Shown here piece by piece: positions 12,298-20,731 of a stretch of DNA of 20,779 nt. The position numbers were made by a program, and so were the translations under genes. The notes beneath the pieces are model-generated. The model was not told the origin of the DNA and did no database searches. It saw only the letters and a program-made list of their open reading frames with translations. The DNA is from Isosphaeraceae bacterium. Its GTDB lineage: Bacteria; Planctomycetota; Planctomycetia; Isosphaerales; Isosphaeraceae. Every line of letters starts with the position of its first letter. Position 1 is the first letter of the stretch. The DNA lies in the NCBI GenBank assembly GCA_035551935.1, contig DASZMJ010000454.1, positions 1 through 20,779 on the forward strand. The letters are read 5' to 3'.

Positions 12298-13014
12298 ATG
12301 GGTGGGTCGCGTTCCAGGGGCGTCGCGGCGCTCGTGGCGGTGGGCATCGCCGCCGGCACGGCCGGCTGGGGCCTGCGGGCGCAGGGGCCGTCGCGTCGCC
12401 CGGAGCCCGCGACCGGGAACGCCCAGGCCAAGGCCAAGGCCGTCCCGAAGGGCTCGATCGCGGCCATCGAGGCGATGCTCCGGCCCGCCGCGTTGCCGTT
12501 CCAGGAGCCGACGCCGCTCGACGAGGTCGCCGCCCACCTGCGGACGATCCTCGGCGTCCCCGTCGTCCTCGACCGCGCCGCGCTGGACCGCCGCGAGCTG
12601 ACGCCCGAGTCGACCGTCACGATCGAGAAGCTCGACGGCGTCCGGCTCCGCACGGCCCTGAGGCTGTTGCTCGAGCCCGTCGGCCTGGTGGCCCGCGTCC
12701 TGCCCGAGGACAACATCGTCCTGATCACCGACGCCGCCGGCTCCGACGACCCGATCGACCACGTCCTGGCCGAGCTGCGGCGGCTGCACGACGATGTCCA
12801 CACCCTCCAGGACACCGTCGACGACCTCTACGACGAGATCGCGCCGCCGGAGGAGGTCAAGGACCTCGAGCTCCAGAAGGTGCGCGACGTCCGCCGGGCC
12901 GTCGACGACCTCCGGCGACGGGATCGAGCACGGCATCGACCGCCTTCCCCCGGAGCGACCTCGACACCCTCGGCCGGCTCACTCGGTCGCGTGGTTGATC
13001 TCGGGCCAGGTTGA
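12298..13014 (+). CDS. Small membrane-anchored or secreted protein with a secretin/TonB N-terminal (STN)-like domain and a C-terminal coiled coil.
   Basis: GGAGG at 12285-12289 lies 8 nt before ATG 12298. The N-terminus is MGGSRSRGVAALVAVGIAAGTAG. The segment PLDEVAAHLRTILGVPVVLDRAALDRRELTPESTVTIEKLDGVRLRTALRLLLEPVGLVARVLPEDNIVLIT fits the STN/secretin-N pattern. The remainder is coiled coil. Confidence 0.6.
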   Translation: MGGSRSRGVAALVAVGIAAGTAGWGLRAQGPSRRPEPATGNAQAKAKAVPKGSIAAIEAMLRPAALPFQEPTPLDEVAAHLRTILGVPVVLDRAALDRRELTPESTVTIEKLDGVRLRTALRLLLEPVGLVARVLPEDNIVLITDAAGSDDPIDHVLAELRRLHDDVHTLQDTVDDLYDEIAPPEEVKDLELQKVRDVRRAVDDLRRRDRARHRPPSPGATSTPSAGSLGRVVDLGPG

Positions 13015-13208
13015 GCTTCTCGTCGCAGTGTTCGGTCGCGGCCTTGCCGGTCATGGGGCGGCTCCGTGGCGTCGGGCCTCGACGACGCGCCATATCCATC
13101 GGGATCGACCCTCGGGCCTTGCGGGACGCACGCGGCGGGCGTATTCCTCGAAGGGACGTGTGCGAATCCACCCTCACCCCGGCCCTTTCCCAGGCGGACC
13201 GACCGTCG

Positions 13209-13309
13209 CTCTTCCCCGTAGCAGGCACGCTCCGCGTGCCGTCCGCCACGACCCAAGAGCTATGTGGTAGGGCGGACGGCACGCGGAGCGTGCCTGCTAC
13301 GGGGAAGAG
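13209..13309. repeat. Perfect 39-bp inverted repeat (arms 13209-13247 and 13271-13309) with a 23-nt loop.
   Basis: CTCTTCCCCGTAGCAGGCACGCTCCGCGTGCCGTCCGCC, loop acgacccaagagctatgtggtag, then GGCGGACGGCACGCGGAGCGTGCCTGCTACGGGGAAGAG. It is intergenic between the STN gene and the second MFS gene. Confidence 0.75.
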
Positions 13310-13348
13310 GGTCGGAGTGAGGGTCTCCTGCGATGGCGTAAGGGACAC

Positions 13349-14707
13349 ATGATGGCCCGACACGAACTCGACCAACGCGAGACGTTCGCGCACGACCTGG
13401 AAGGCGAGGGGCCGCCGTCGCGGGTGCGGTACGCGGTGCTGGCGGCGGCGTGCCTGCTGGCGATCGTGACGTACCTGCTCCGCGTCGGCTTCGCGACCGC
13501 CTCGGCGCAGCTCAAGGGGCCGCTCGGGCTCAACTCGGGACAGATCGCCGCGATGATGGCGTCGTTCATGATCGTCTACGGCCTGTTCGAGATCCCCTGG
13601 GGCCTGGTCGCCGACCGGCTCGGGGTGCGCAAGGCCCTGGCGATCATCGCGCTGGGGGGCTCGCTGACGACGGCGGCCGTGGCGCTGGTGCCGCGCCTGC
13701 CGGTCGGGACGTTCTGGCCGTTCGCGGCCTTGCTGGCGCTGCGGGCCCTGTTCGGGATGTTCCAGGCGGGGACCTTCCCCGCGCTCTCGCGGATGATGGC
13801 CGACTGGATGCCGACGGCCGAACGGGGCTCGGCGCAGGGCCTGATCTGGATGGCGAGCCGGATGGGCGGCGCGCTGGCGCCGCTCCTGATCGCCTGGCTG
13901 ATCAGCGAGACGGGGAGCTGGAGCCTCCCGCTGGTGCTCGCCTCGCTGACGGGCCTGGCCTGGTGCGCGGCGTTCGTCCCCTGGTTCCGCGACCGTCCGG
14001 AGCAGAAGGTGGGGGTGAACCCGGCCGAGCGCCGGTTGATCGAGGCGGGGCGGAAGGCCGGGGCCTCGGGTCACGGGCGCTTGCCGTGGGGCCGGGCGCT
14101 GGCGTCGCCGAACGTGTGGGCCCTCTGCGGGATGTACGGTTGCCTCGGCTTCAGCGGCAACTTCTTCCTGACGATGCTGCCGGACTACCTGAAGAACCAT
14201 CGGCACCTCTCGACGGGTGAGACTTCGTGGCTCTCGGCCCTGCCGCTGGCCTGCGGCGTCGTGGCCTGCGTGCTCGGGGGGGTCGTCTCCGATCGCCTGA
14301 TCCTGGCCTGGGGCGATCGCCGCTGGGCGCGTCGGGTCGCCGGCGCCCTCGGCATGGCGATGGCCGGCGCGGCGGTCCTGGCGACGATCGCCGTGCGCGA
14401 CGTCGTCCCGCTGGGGGTGCTGCTCTGCATCACCTTCTTCGGCAACGACCTGGCGATGGGCCCGGCCTGGGCCGCCGCCGCCGACATCGGCGAGCGGAAC
14501 GCCGGCACGCTCGGCGGGATGATGAACATGTTCGCCAGCTTCGCCGGCGCCGCCGGCGCCGCGATGATCGGCCCACTCACCGACGCGCACTATCTCCGGC
14601 TCCCGTTCGTCATCTTCGCCGCCGTCTATTGGATCGGCGCCCTCTGCTGGCTGCGGGTGGACGTCCTGGAGCCCCTGAGCGACGACGACCCGGCGCCCGA
14701 CGTCTAG
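13349..14707 (+). CDS. MFS-family transporter (ACS/anion-cation-symporter-like), 452 aa.
   Basis: 12 hydrophobic segments and an MFS-type loop motif (ADRLGVRKA). The sequence DWMPTAERGSAQGL resembles the ACS family. The start is the ATGATG at 13349. Confidence 0.75.
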   Translation: MMARHELDQRETFAHDLEGEGPPSRVRYAVLAAACLLAIVTYLLRVGFATASAQLKGPLGLNSGQIAAMMASFMIVYGLFEIPWGLVADRLGVRKALAIIALGGSLTTAAVALVPRLPVGTFWPFAALLALRALFGMFQAGTFPALSRMMADWMPTAERGSAQGLIWMASRMGGALAPLLIAWLISETGSWSLPLVLASLTGLAWCAAFVPWFRDRPEQKVGVNPAERRLIEAGRKAGASGHGRLPWGRALASPNVWALCGMYGCLGFSGNFFLTMLPDYLKNHRHLSTGETSWLSALPLACGVVACVLGGVVSDRLILAWGDRRWARRVAGALGMAMAGAAVLATIAVRDVVPLGVLLCITFFGNDLAMGPAWAAAADIGERNAGTLGGMMNMFASFAGAAGAAMIGPLTDAHYLRLPFVIFAAVYWIGALCWLRVDVLEPLSDDDPAPDV

Positions 14708-14716
14708 GAAATCGCC

Positions 14717-15178
14717 ATGTCCATCTACGTCGACGCCGATGCCTGCCCGGTCAAGGACGAGATCTATCGCGTGGCGCGGCGGCACGGGGTCAAGGTGTTC
14801 GTGGTCGCCAACGCGACGATGCGGGTGCCGGCCGAGGCGACGGTCGAGCTCGTCGTGGTCCGCGGCGGCTTCGACGCGGCCGACGACTGGATCGCCGAGC
14901 GTGCCGGGCTCGGGGACGTGGTCGTCACCGCCGACATCCCGCTCGCCGACCGCTGCCTGCGGCGCGGGGCCCGGGTGCTCGGTCCGAAGGGGGACGTCTT
15001 CACCGAGGACGCGATCGGCGAGGCCCTCGCGACCCGCGCGTTGCTCGACATGCTCCGCCAGTCCGGCCAGTTCACCGGCGGCCCCGCCCCGTTCGCCAAG
15101 GCCGACCGCTCTCGGTTCCTCTCCAGGCTCGACGACCTCCTCCACGCCGCTCGCCGGGCCAGGCCACCGGCCCCGTGA
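14717..15178 (+). CDS. yaiI: YaiI/UPF0178 (DUF188) family protein.
   Basis: The N-terminus [12 protein letters not shown] is the hallmark of this family. [10 protein letters not shown] and ADIPLA segments are conserved. AGGAAA lies 7 nt upstream. The start is 9 nt after the MFS stop, which suggests an operon. Confidence 0.8.
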   Translation: MSIYVDADACPVKDEIYRVARRHGVKVFVVANATMRVPAEATVELVVVRGGFDAADDWIAERAGLGDVVVTADIPLADRCLRRGARVLGPKGDVFTEDAIGEALATRALLDMLRQSGQFTGGPAPFAKADRSRFLSRLDDLLHAARRARPPAP

Positions 15179-15366
15179 TGGATCGGCCGCGGGAAATGCG
15201 GTCGGGTGGCGCGCCCGGAGTCCGCGACGGGCGTGGGCGACGCCGGGGTCAGACGCCCTTCGAAGACTCCGGGCGTGCCACCCGACCGGAGTCGATCGAG
15301 GTCGGCGCGTCGTGCCGGAAAACGGCGACGGCCGCGCGAACGCCTGGGCAGGATCGTGCGTCTACA

Positions 15367-15452
15367 AGGGGCAGAGCACGACAGGGGTGTCCTCCTGGGA
15401 GAGGTCTCCGGCTCCAACCCGGACGGACAGGGTTCGACTCCTTGCGCCCCTG
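15367..15452 (+). tRNA. tRNA-Trp-like (anticodon CCA) gene with a roughly 15-nt extra hairpin between the D and anticodon arms. It is either a pseudogene or a non-canonical tRNA.
   Basis: The acceptor AGGGGCA/CGCCCCT plus discriminator G matches E. coli tRNA-Trp (AGGGGCG..CGCCCCTG). D-arm GCAC-GACAGGG-GTGT. Anticodon arm TCCGG-CTCCAAC-CCGGA. T-arm CAGGG-TTCGACT-CCTTG. The extra segment CCTCCTGGGAGAGGTC (15391-15406) precedes the anticodon stem. No CCA is encoded. Confidence 0.4.
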
Positions 15453-15457
15453 CTCGA

Positions 15458-15487
15458 CGACGGCCAGCGGGGCCGTCGCGCGTTTTT
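15458..15487 (+). terminator. Hairpin plus T5 terminator candidate after the Trp-like tRNA.
   Basis: CGACGGCC-agcgg-GGCCGTCG (8-bp stem), then gcgcg, then TTTTT at 15483-15487. Confidence 0.3.
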
Positions 15488-15591
15488 CAAGCAAGCGGCT
15501 GGGACCGTCGGGCCCGCGGCGCGCCGGCCTCGCCCTCGTGGCGATCGGCCTGGTGTGTTCCGTGAAGGGGATGTAAACCGGGGCGGTCCCA

Positions 15592-15665
15592 GGCTGTGGT
15601 AGCTCAGAGGATAGAGCACCGGGCCCATAACCCGGGTGTCGCGGGTTCGACTCCCGTCCACCGAC
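15592..15665 (+). tRNA. tRNA-Met/fMet-like (anticodon CAT) with canonical D, anticodon and T arms but an imperfect acceptor stem.
   Basis: GGCTGTGG-TA-GCTC-AGAGGATA-GAGC-A-CCGGG-CCCATAA-CCCGG-GTGTC-GCGGG-TTCGACT-CCCGT-CCACCGA-C. There are three G:C pairs closing the anticodon stem. Position 33 is C. The acceptor has mismatches at 1:72 and 3:70. An extra 5' G could pair with C73. Confidence 0.55.
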
Positions 15666-16030
15666 CGCGGTCCCCGAACAGGACCGCTCGGGGAGCGTTC
15701 GCAGCGCTTCCGCCAATCGCCCGAGGGGGGCGGCCGGCCGCGACGATCGGCCGACGCCCGGCGATCAGCCCCGCCCGCGCGGGGACCGGGCCGGGCGTCG
15801 GCGGCACGAGAGGACGCCCTGAAGTGCGCGGATTCCGCCGTCGGAGATCGCCGGACCCGAAGGCCGCCCAGGCGGCCCGAACCCCGGCGACGACCGCCCG
15901 CTCAAGCCGCACTCCGCATCCCGACGTGTGATCGCCGGCCGCGCCGTCCCCCGACGGCCAAAACTCGATGTCGTCATTCTTTCAACGAATCCTAAGTCCC
16001 GCGGCCGAGGCCAGGGGCGGGGAGGTCGCG

Positions 16031-17137
16031 ATGTTCTTCGTCAAGTCGTCCAAGGTCCGCAGCTTCGAGGTCGGCCTCCTGTTCCGCGACGGCGAGTTCC
16101 GCGGCCTGCTCGGCGAGGGCACGCACCGCGTGTTCGACCCGCTCGGCAAGGTCGCCGTCGAGGTCGTCTCGCGGCGGGTGCCGCAGCTCCTGCACGAGAA
16201 GCTCGACCTGATCGTCGCCTCGGGCGTCCTCAAGGGCATGGCCACGGTCCTCGACCTCAAGGACGACCAGCGCGGCCTGGTCTGGGTCGACGGCCGGTTC
16301 TTCGGCGTCTGCGCGCCGGGCCTGCACGTCCTCTGGAACGGCCCGAGGGCACTCCGGGTCGAGGTCGTCGACGCCCGCCGCCCGCGGCTCGAGCACGACG
16401 AATTGCAGACGATCACGCGGTGGTCGGCCGCGAGCACGCTGCTCGACGTCTGCGACGTCAACCGCGGCTGCGCGGGCGTGCTCTTCCTCGACGGCCGTTA
16501 CGCCGACACGCTGGCGCCGGGCCGCTACGCCTTCTGGAAGGGCGTGGCCGATGCGCGCGTCGTCGAGGTCGACCTGCGCGAGGCATCGCTCGACGTCGGC
16601 GGCCAGGAGATCATGACGGCCGACCGCGTGACGCTCCGCCTGAACGTCGTCGTGACCTACCGCGTCGTCGACGCTCGTCGCGCCGTCTGCGCGTCGGAGG
16701 ACGCCCGGCAGGGCCTCTACCGCGAGGCGCAGCTCGCGCTCCGCGCCGTCGTCGGCGGCCGGACGCTCGACGCGCTCCTGGCCGACAAGGAGGCCCTCGC
16801 CGCCGAGCTCGTCGACCTGCTCCGCGGCCGGGCGGCCGAATTGGGCCTGGAGGTCGTCGCCGCGGGCATCCGCGACGTCATCCTGCCGGGCGAGATGAAG
16901 GAGCTGTTGAACAAGGTCATGGAGGCCCGCACGGCCGCCGAGGCCAACCTCGTCACCCGCCGTGAGGAGACCGCCGCGCTCCGCAGCCAGGCCAACACCG
17001 CCCGCCTGCTCGCCGAGAACCCGACGCTCATGCGGCTCCGCGAGCTCGAGGTCCTCGAGAAGGTCGCCTGCGGCGGCGAGCTCAAGATCGTCCTCGGCGA
17101 GAAGGGCCTCGCCGATCGCCTCGTCAACCTGCTCTGA
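16031..17137 (+). CDS. SPFH/band-7 (stomatin/prohibitin/flotillin/HflKC) domain protein with no N-terminal TM segment.
   Basis: GGAGG at 16021-16025 lies 5 nt before ATG 16031. The SPFH core is DRVTLRLNVVVTYRVVD...LGLEVVAAGIRDVILPGEMKELLNKVMEARTAAEA...LRELEVLEKVA. The stop is TGA at 17135-17137. Confidence 0.8.
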   Translation: MFFVKSSKVRSFEVGLLFRDGEFRGLLGEGTHRVFDPLGKVAVEVVSRRVPQLLHEKLDLIVASGVLKGMATVLDLKDDQRGLVWVDGRFFGVCAPGLHVLWNGPRALRVEVVDARRPRLEHDELQTITRWSAASTLLDVCDVNRGCAGVLFLDGRYADTLAPGRYAFWKGVADARVVEVDLREASLDVGGQEIMTADRVTLRLNVVVTYRVVDARRAVCASEDARQGLYREAQLALRAVVGGRTLDALLADKEALAAELVDLLRGRAAELGLEVVAAGIRDVILPGEMKELLNKVMEARTAAEANLVTRREETAALRSQANTARLLAENPTLMRLRELEVLEKVACGGELKIVLGEKGLADRLVNLL

Positions 17138-17147
17138 AACCCATAGC

Positions 17148-17490
17148 GGACCTTCCACCCGAAGATGGTCTGTAATCCGGATCGGACCCACAGGCCCTCT
17201 CGGGGTGGGGCCCCCGGGCACGACACCGACACCCGGACCCGCGCCGGCCGCCGCCGCGCGGGCCCGCGGCGGCGGCCGACCGACCGGACCGGCGACGGCG
17301 TGGCGCCGGCCGAGGCGAGCCGCCACGCCCGCATCCCCCCGCCGGCCGCCGCACCGACGCGGACCTCGCCGCGGTCCTCGGCGCCCACCTCGACACCGTC
17401 GAGCGGAGGGGATCGGGACGTTCCCGACGGCCGTCGCCCGGGTCCGGCCGCGGCACCTCTTCCCGCAGACCATTCGAGAAAAGACGGTCC
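17148..17490 (-). mobile_element. Copy B of the roughly 345-bp MITE-like repeat, in inverted orientation relative to copy A.
   Basis: The reverse complement of 17148-17490 aligns end to end with 7045-7390 at about 99% identity. It fills the convergent intergenic space between the SPFH gene and the metalloprotease gene. Confidence 0.6.
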
Positions 17491-17499
17491 GCTACAAAA

Positions 17500-20457
17500 T
17501 CAGGGCTCGTTGGCGTCGAGGCCGGCCTCGAGGACCTTGCCGATCTTGTGGCGGCAGTCTTCGAGGTGGGCGCGGGTGGTGTCGTCGATGGTGACGTCCT
17601 TCCGCTCGAGCAGCTTGCCGATGCGGTCGCCGATCTGGCGGAGGTGGAGCCGGGCCAGCGCCCGCGCGTCGGCGGGATAGGAGCCGCCGCCGTTGAAGGA
17701 GAGGAAGGCGAAGGAGCCGCCGAAGTCGCCCCGGCGCTCGCCGAGGACGATGGTGCTGAGGCGCTTCAGGTACTCGCGCTGGAGGTTGCGGCGGACGGTC
17801 GAGAGGGCGACCTCCCTGGGCGCGGCCTTGGCCTTGTCGTCGGGCTTGGCGGCCTTGTCGTCGACGAGGTCGCAGCAGTCGCAATCGGCGTCGGGGTTGG
17901 CCTCGGACCAGATGCCGTCGGAGAGGGTCCGGAAGACCTCGGCCATCTTCAGCGGCTTGGAGCCGGGCTCGGCCTGGAGCTCCTGGTTCTGGAGCCGGGC
18001 CAGGACCTCGGGCGCGAGGCACTGCGCCAGGACGATGCGCTGGACGTCGAGGACGCGTTGATGGACGGGATAGTCCACCTCGCCGAGCATCATCGCCTCG
18101 TTGCCCCAGCCCGACCACTTCTCGGTGGCGAGGCGGCGGAGCAACGCCGGCGAGAACTTGAAGGCGCGGTCGCTGAGGATCTGGTCGACGAGGAACGCCA
18201 GGCACTCGCGCTGCTTCGGACCCGGCACGGGGACGATCGGGTCGCGGGCGTTCTTGTCCCCCTTGTGGTCGCGGGAGATCGACTGGCCGCCGATGTAGTT
18301 GGAGACGAGGTACGCCGCGTTGCCGTACTGCGACAGCAGGATCGCGAAGGCGCGGCGGTTCCGCGACCACGGCTCGCCGTCGCGGACGACCTTGGCGTCG
18401 AGGTCCTTGAGCAGCTCGGCCGACAGCGCGATGCGGTCCTTGGCGAAGCGGCAGACGTCGGAGCCGAGGTCGAAGCGGTTGACCTGCGGGTCGTTGTTCA
18501 GCGCGGCGTCCTCGTCGGTCGCGAAGGCCAGGTCGGGCTCGGGGGCCCGCGCGGCGATCGCCCTCAGCTCGCCGGCCTCGTCGCCCATGATGGGCTTATA
18601 CGCATATTCGATGGCCCAGTAGTCGTACGGGCCGAGGGTGGTCGTGTAATAGTCCCCCTGCTTGACCCCCTTGGGCGCGATGTTGACGGGGCTGTAGTCC
18701 ATCACGCTGCCGACGAGCCCCTTGACGCGGGTGATGGCCGTGTCGTTGAGCTGCTCGGCGGTCAGCATCGCGCTGGCCTTGAAGTTGTGCCGCAGGCCGA
18801 TCGAGTGGCCGACCTCGTGCATGACCACTTCCTTGAGCGCCTGGCCGATGAACTCCTCGGGCACCTCGACCGGGCCCCCCTTGCCGCCGCGGTCCGGCAC
18901 GGCCAGCGCCATCGCCGCCAGCGCGAAGTCGGCCTGCATGCCGGCCTGATAGGTGCAGGTATGACCATCCCGACGCGCCAGCCGGCTCAGCCGGTAGTCG
19001 AGCGACGACCAGTCCGCCGGCACGACCGAGGGCGCGTTCGCCGCGCCGTTGCCCCGGCCCGCCGTCAGCGGCAACGGGCCGCCGAAGCCGTACTTCGCGG
19101 CCATGATCGGGCTGATGACCTCGCCGACGGCCAGCGGGGTCAGGTCGAGCTCGCCCCCCTGCCCCGTCGGCTTCGCGCCGATCATCAGGGCGTATTCCTG
19201 CTTCCAGTGGCGGATGAAGCTCGAGTCGAAGATCACGTCGCCGTCGATGATCTCGCCGGTCAAGGGGTTCGAGCGGAAGCACGTCCGCGCGTAGCCGCGA
19301 TCGCTCGTGACCCAGCGGAAGGTGCAATAGCTCGTGTCCTCGGGGTCGAACTCCTCGCCCGGCTGCTGCCAGCGCACGGCCAATGCGTTGCGGAAGCCGA
19401 TCTTCTCGAACGCCTTGTTCCACTCGAGGATGCCCGCCTCGACATACGGCCGGTACTCGTGCGGCACCGTGTCCTCGACCCACCAGACGACCTGCTTCCG
19501 CGGCGGCGAGAGCTTCGCCCGCATGTCGGCCTTGTCGAGCCGCCAGCGGTTGAGCAGGCGAACATAGTTCGAATCGGAGTCGGTCGAGCCGAAGTCCTTC
19601 GACGTGCTCAGCCAGTGGCCGATGCGGTCGTCGGCCAATCGGGTCCGGAAGCCGAAGTCGTTGGGCAGGCGGATGAGGCTGTAGTGGATGACCAGGGTGA
19701 TCCCGCGCGGGTCGGCGACGCCGTCGTTGCCGCCGAACATCGCCATCATCCCGCGCATCCCGGCGCCGCCGAAGGTGGCCTCGACCTCGAGCTCGAGGTT
19801 GTCCTTCAGCCCCTTGACCTTGTACCAGGACGACCGGCTCCGGTCGAGGAAGCCGAGGTTGAGCTGCGCCAGGTCGGTCATGAACATGTCGGCCAAGTCG
19901 ATGACCGTCGCGCCCGAGGGGCTGACCGTGCGGATCGGCAGCGACATCAGCACGGAGTCGACGTAGTTCTGCTTGACCGACTTCTCGATCGGCGTGCCGG
20001 GCGTGGCCTTGTAGCTGATGTTGCGCCGGACGAGCTGGATGTGCTCGTCGACCTTGCGGAAGACGACGACCATCTCGTCGCCGTTGGAGACCGGCTCGCC
20101 GGTGCGTCCCAGGCCGCGGGCGATGGTGGCCAGCACGAGCATCGGCTGGTCGAGCTGGTGCGGGCGGATCTCGGCGTAGAGGTGCTCGTCCTTGCGGTGG
20201 AGGGTGAAGAGGCCGTCGATCTTCTCGGCCCCCCGGGTCATCTCGTTGAAGTCGGGATAATGCCGGTCGCTGGCGCCCCCTCCCACACGGCCCGGGCCGC
20301 CGGCCGCGCGCATCTGGCTGAGGATCGCGTCGAGGTCGGCCTTGGTCTCGCCCCCGGCCTTGGTCTCGGGCCTGGGCTCCTGCGCCCGCACGCCCACCGT
20401 CCCGATGGTCATGGCGAGGGCCGTCGCGACCCCCCCCCATATCGTGGTTCGTCTCAT
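17500..20457 (-). CDS. Secreted zinc-dependent metalloprotease of the DUF4953/DUF5117/DUF5118 family (985 aa).
   Basis: HExxH motif VMHEVGHSIGLRHNF. ATG 20457 gives the signal-peptide-like N-terminus MRRTTIWGGVATALAMTIGTVGVRAQEP. The ORF track's upstream GTG extension was not used. The stop is TGA at 17500-17502. Confidence 0.8.
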   Translation of the reverse strand: MRRTTIWGGVATALAMTIGTVGVRAQEPRPETKAGGETKADLDAILSQMRAAGGPGRVGGGASDRHYPDFNEMTRGAEKIDGLFTLHRKDEHLYAEIRPHQLDQPMLVLATIARGLGRTGEPVSNGDEMVVVFRKVDEHIQLVRRNISYKATPGTPIEKSVKQNYVDSVLMSLPIRTVSPSGATVIDLADMFMTDLAQLNLGFLDRSRSSWYKVKGLKDNLELEVEATFGGAGMRGMMAMFGGNDGVADPRGITLVIHYSLIRLPNDFGFRTRLADDRIGHWLSTSKDFGSTDSDSNYVRLLNRWRLDKADMRAKLSPPRKQVVWWVEDTVPHEYRPYVEAGILEWNKAFEKIGFRNALAVRWQQPGEEFDPEDTSYCTFRWVTSDRGYARTCFRSNPLTGEIIDGDVIFDSSFIRHWKQEYALMIGAKPTGQGGELDLTPLAVGEVISPIMAAKYGFGGPLPLTAGRGNGAANAPSVVPADWSSLDYRLSRLARRDGHTCTYQAGMQADFALAAMALAVPDRGGKGGPVEVPEEFIGQALKEVVMHEVGHSIGLRHNFKASAMLTAEQLNDTAITRVKGLVGSVMDYSPVNIAPKGVKQGDYYTTTLGPYDYWAIEYAYKPIMGDEAGELRAIAARAPEPDLAFATDEDAALNNDPQVNRFDLGSDVCRFAKDRIALSAELLKDLDAKVVRDGEPWSRNRRAFAILLSQYGNAAYLVSNYIGGQSISRDHKGDKNARDPIVPVPGPKQRECLAFLVDQILSDRAFKFSPALLRRLATEKWSGWGNEAMMLGEVDYPVHQRVLDVQRIVLAQCLAPEVLARLQNQELQAEPGSKPLKMAEVFRTLSDGIWSEANPDADCDCCDLVDDKAAKPDDKAKAAPREVALSTVRRNLQREYLKRLSTIVLGERRGDFGGSFAFLSFNGGGSYPADARALARLHLRQIGDRIGKLLERKDVTIDDTTRAHLEDCRHKIGKVLEAGLDANEP

Positions 20458-20664
20458 CGTGGTCAGGCTCCCGGTGCGTCCCCGGCGGAGTGTCGATCGT
20501 CGCGGCCGTCGGTTGTCCTCCCCGGCGCAGACCGCAATCTTTCTCCATCCTGACCGAAGCCGTTCAGGGTCGCAAGGGGCGCTGCGACGGAGGGCCGGCG
20601 TCGCGGTCGTCAAAATCGACGCGACCGCCCCGTCCCGCACCCGGTCTCGGGCCGTAGCCCCTTT

Positions 20665-20689
20665 CCCCTCGCCCCCCCGGGGCGAGGGG
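20665..20689. repeat. GC hairpin CCCCTCGCCCC-ccc-GGGGCGAGGGG (11-bp perfect stem) upstream of the protease gene.
   Basis: Direct reading of the sequence. Confidence 0.5.
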
Positions 20690-20731
20690 CCGGGGGTGAG
20701 GACGCATGCGCACCGGGATGGGCGGCCGGGT

